A stretch of DNA of 64,000 nt from an uncultured Verrucomicrobiae bacterium. GTDB taxonomy: Bacteria; Verrucomicrobiota; Verrucomicrobiia; Chthoniobacterales; JAFAMB01. Location: contig CAVTQD010000026.1 in the NCBI GenBank assembly GCA_963736745.1, forward strand, positions 64,830 to 128,829, given 5' to 3'. The notes beneath the pieces were generated by a model that did not search any database, was not told the origin of the DNA, and was given only the letters and a program-made list of their open reading frames with translations. Both the position numbers and the translations under genes were made by a program. This document shows, piece by piece, positions 62,038-64,000 of this stretch; position 1 is the first letter of the stretch; each line of letters opens with the position of its first letter.

Positions 62038-62515
62038 GTTGAGGCGAAAACTCCTTCAGCGAATAATTCAGACCCAGGGCGACGCGGCCACTGACAGGAT
62101 CCACGGAAAAATTCGCGACGAAGGCAAAATCATTTTGTTCGAAAACCGAAACTTCAAGCACATCCACCTTAGCGGACTGCAAAAGAGCCCGGTAGACATG
62201 AAAGTGCGTAAAATTGAAACCTGCATCATAGAGCTTGTGACTGGAGCTGAGCCGGTAAATCTCCGACAAAGGGAACCGAGCATGCGGTAACAGATCCTGT
62301 TCGGCTTCGAAGACTCGTCGAATGAATTCCCGCCAACTTTCGGGATGGATACTCAATCGGAATGGTACCGTATTTAAGAACAATCCCAGTGTATTTCGGC
62401 TATCAGCCGATTCAGGGCGCCCATTCATGACGAGGCCGCTGACGACATCGTTGGTGCCGCTCAAGAGCCCCAGAACGCGTAGATGAGCAGCCAAAAGAAC
62501 GCTCTTCAACGGCAC
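61898..62515 (-). CDS. NRPS fragment: C-terminal half of a condensation domain
   Basis: PLKSVLLAAHLRVLGLLSGTNDVVSGLVMNGRPE...LGLFLNTVPFRL... are C-domain motifs C4-C7. It is flanked by frame changes near 62525 and 62030. Confidence 0.8.
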   Translation of the reverse strand: MPLKSVLLAAHLRVLGLLSGTNDVVSGLVMNGRPESADSRNTLGLFLNTVPFRLSIHPESWREFIRRVFEAEQDLLPHARFPLSEIYRLSSSHKLYDAGFNFTHFHVYRALLQSAKVDVLEVSVFEQNDFAFVANFSVDPVSGRVALGLNYSLKEFSPQHVARIGRLLPQSASLHCRSTRVPEWGEFAQPGRTPPAAGGVERDGT

Positions 62516-62537
62516 GCCGATTTGGCGCCTGACCCGC

Positions 62538-64000
62538 TCAAGATCGACAAGAGCATTTTTCTGTTATTTCGACAGGCTGGAGACCGACACTCCGGCGTTC
62601 ACCTTCTTCCCGTGGCCTCGATGAGCGGACGATAGGGTTAACCATCAAGTCTGCAACCCGCTCACGCCAATAGCCGCGACTCGCTTCGGACTCGACCGCT
62701 TTGCGTTCCAGGAAAATGTAATCGCGGAACTTAGATTTGGGCTTGGCAATGCTAGATTCTTGCCCGTCTAACCGGGCTAAGTATGCCCGCATCAGCTCGG
62801 CGAGAAAGGTGGCGAGGCTCCAGCCATCAAGGATAGCATGATGGCAGCTGAAATTGAGTTGTAGCTCAGTTCGGGTGAAACGATGAACGTGTAGCCGAGC
62901 CAGGGGCGCTTTGGTAATGTCGAATGGATTTTGCTTTTCGCGCTCAAACCAGGCGCTCTTAGCCGCGCCTTGTTGTTCTGCGGACATCCCATCGAGGTCA
63001 TCGACGGTGAGGGGCAACATTGCGAACTGGTGAACGAATTGCAGCGGTTCGCTTAGGCCTTCCCAGTGAAACGAAGTACGCAGAATCGGATGCTGTAAAA
63101 CTAAGTTCTGTAGAACTTCCTCTAAAAGCTGGTGCTCAAAAGGAAGGCCCAGGCGAAAGGAAGATATATCGTGGAAGATGGCCGAATCGGGCTCGAATTC
63201 CGCGTGAAAGAACATGCCGGCTTGAAGCCGGGCAAGCGGGTAGGCATCTTCCAAGCCGGTTGGTAACTTTGGCAGGTCAGAGGCGGACACCAAGCTAAAT
63301 GGGGCGATATCAACAACAGACTCCTTGGCGGCCTTAAAGGACTCCATCTTTTGCGCGAGGCTGCGAATCGTTGGCGCCCCGTATAAATCGCGGGTCGAGA
63401 AGTGCAAACTGGCTGCGCGTGCGGCCGCAACGACTTGGAGAATGAGAATGGAATCGCCGCCTAAGTCAAAGAAATTGTCGTCGAGGCCCACCGATTCGAC
63501 GTTGAGAGCGTTCTGCCAAATTTGAGCGAGTTGCCACTCGGTGTCTGTCAAGGGCCCAGCGCTTTCGGAGAGCGTCTCCCGACGAATGGGCTGCAACTTC
63601 AGAATAGCTTTGCGATCGAGTTTTCCGTTTGGTGTTAACGGCAAAGCTTCCAAGATGACAATGGTGCTGGGCACCATGTAGTCGGGCAAACTGGTGGACA
63701 GGTGAGATCGCAAAGCACTGAATTCGAGCTGCTGGCCCTGGGCGGTCACCACGTAGCCGACCAAGCGCTTGTCGCCCGGACGATCCTCTCGAGCAAGGAC
63801 GGCGGCTTGGGCCACCGCGGGATGGCGCAGCAGGGCCGCTTCAATCTCGCCGGGTTCAACCCGGAAACCACGGATCTTAAGCTGCTGGTCGGCCCGGCCC
63901 AGGAACTCCAACATCCCGCCTGCACGCCAGCGCGCCAAGTCCCCGGTGCGATACATCCGGCTTCCGCGGGCTCCATACGGATCGGCCACGAAACGCTCGG
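62538..64000 (-). CDS. NRPS fragment: end of an upstream A domain - PCP - N-terminal half of condensation domain (open to the window edge)
   Basis: [66 protein letters not shown] (about 63447-63482), C domain [15 protein letters not shown] and [10 protein letters not shown] (about 62820-62848). The frame is open through base 64000. Confidence 0.85.
   Translation of the reverse strand, partial: ERFVADPYGARGSRMYRTGDLARWRAGGMLEFLGRADQQLKIRGFRVEPGEIEAALLRHPAVAQAAVLAREDRPGDKRLVGYVVTAQGQQLEFSALRSHLSTSLPDYMVPSTIVILEALPLTPNGKLDRKAILKLQPIRRETLSESAGPLTDTEWQLAQIWQNALNVESVGLDDNFFDLGGDSILILQVVAAARAASLHFSTRDLYGAPTIRSLAQKMESFKAAKESVVDIAPFSLVSASDLPKLPTGLEDAYPLARLQAGMFFHAEFEPDSAIFHDISSFRLGLPFEHQLLEEVLQNLVLQHPILRTSFHWEGLSEPLQFVHQFAMLPLTVDDLDGMSAEQQGAAKSAWFEREKQNPFDITKAPLARLHVHRFTRTELQLNFSCHHAILDGWSLATFLAELMRAYLARLDGQESSIAKPKSKFRDYIFLERKAVESEASRGYWRERVADLMVNPIVRSSRPREEGERRSVGLQPVEITEKCSCRS

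Overview
This 64-kb window is a moderately GC-rich bacterial chromosomal segment that is almost fully coding. I found no rRNA, tRNA, CRISPR, transposase or integrase. The taxon cannot be fixed from the sequence. The gene content and repeat style suggest a free-living soil bacterium, possibly of the PVC or Acidobacteria type.

Gene content, left to right:
- A PP2C phosphatase and Ser/Thr kinase pair, an APC permease and a porin-like gene.
- A urea/guanidine carboxylase operon: NitT/TauT-type ABC importer, NikR-like regulator, two DUF1989 proteins and a biotin carboxylase fusion.
- A mini-autotransporter whose passenger is only a Pro/Thr-rich tract.
- An arabinofuranosidase (GH51), sugar ABC transporter and GntR block, preceded by two gene remnants.
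- A SUKH protein, cyanase and a deleted bioB.
- An alpha/beta hydrolase and sbcDC.
- A PD40 propeller protein.
- An FAH-family enzyme, aldehyde dehydrogenase, DUF3311 and SSS transporter block.
- kdpFABC with an N-terminal-only KdpD, and an upstream histidine kinase plus REC-TPR response regulator.
- A 1.87-kb array of 8.8 tandem 213-bp structured units.
- An NRPS cluster of at least 4 modules (E domain, TE, MbtH, B12-radical SAM, stand-alone carrier protein) that runs off the right edge.

The most unusual object is the 213-bp tandem array at 47326-49195. Other points worth a second look are a NikR-like regulator lacking three of four nickel ligands, paired with a GTATTA-N16-TAATAC dyad at the operon promoter, and a dispersed heptad-based inverted-repeat family.

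Reading frames are interrupted at least 25 times across the window. This could be sequencing error or real gene decay. In addition, three genes are clear remnants with large internal deletions.

All calls come from reading the translations and the DNA by eye. No database search was run.
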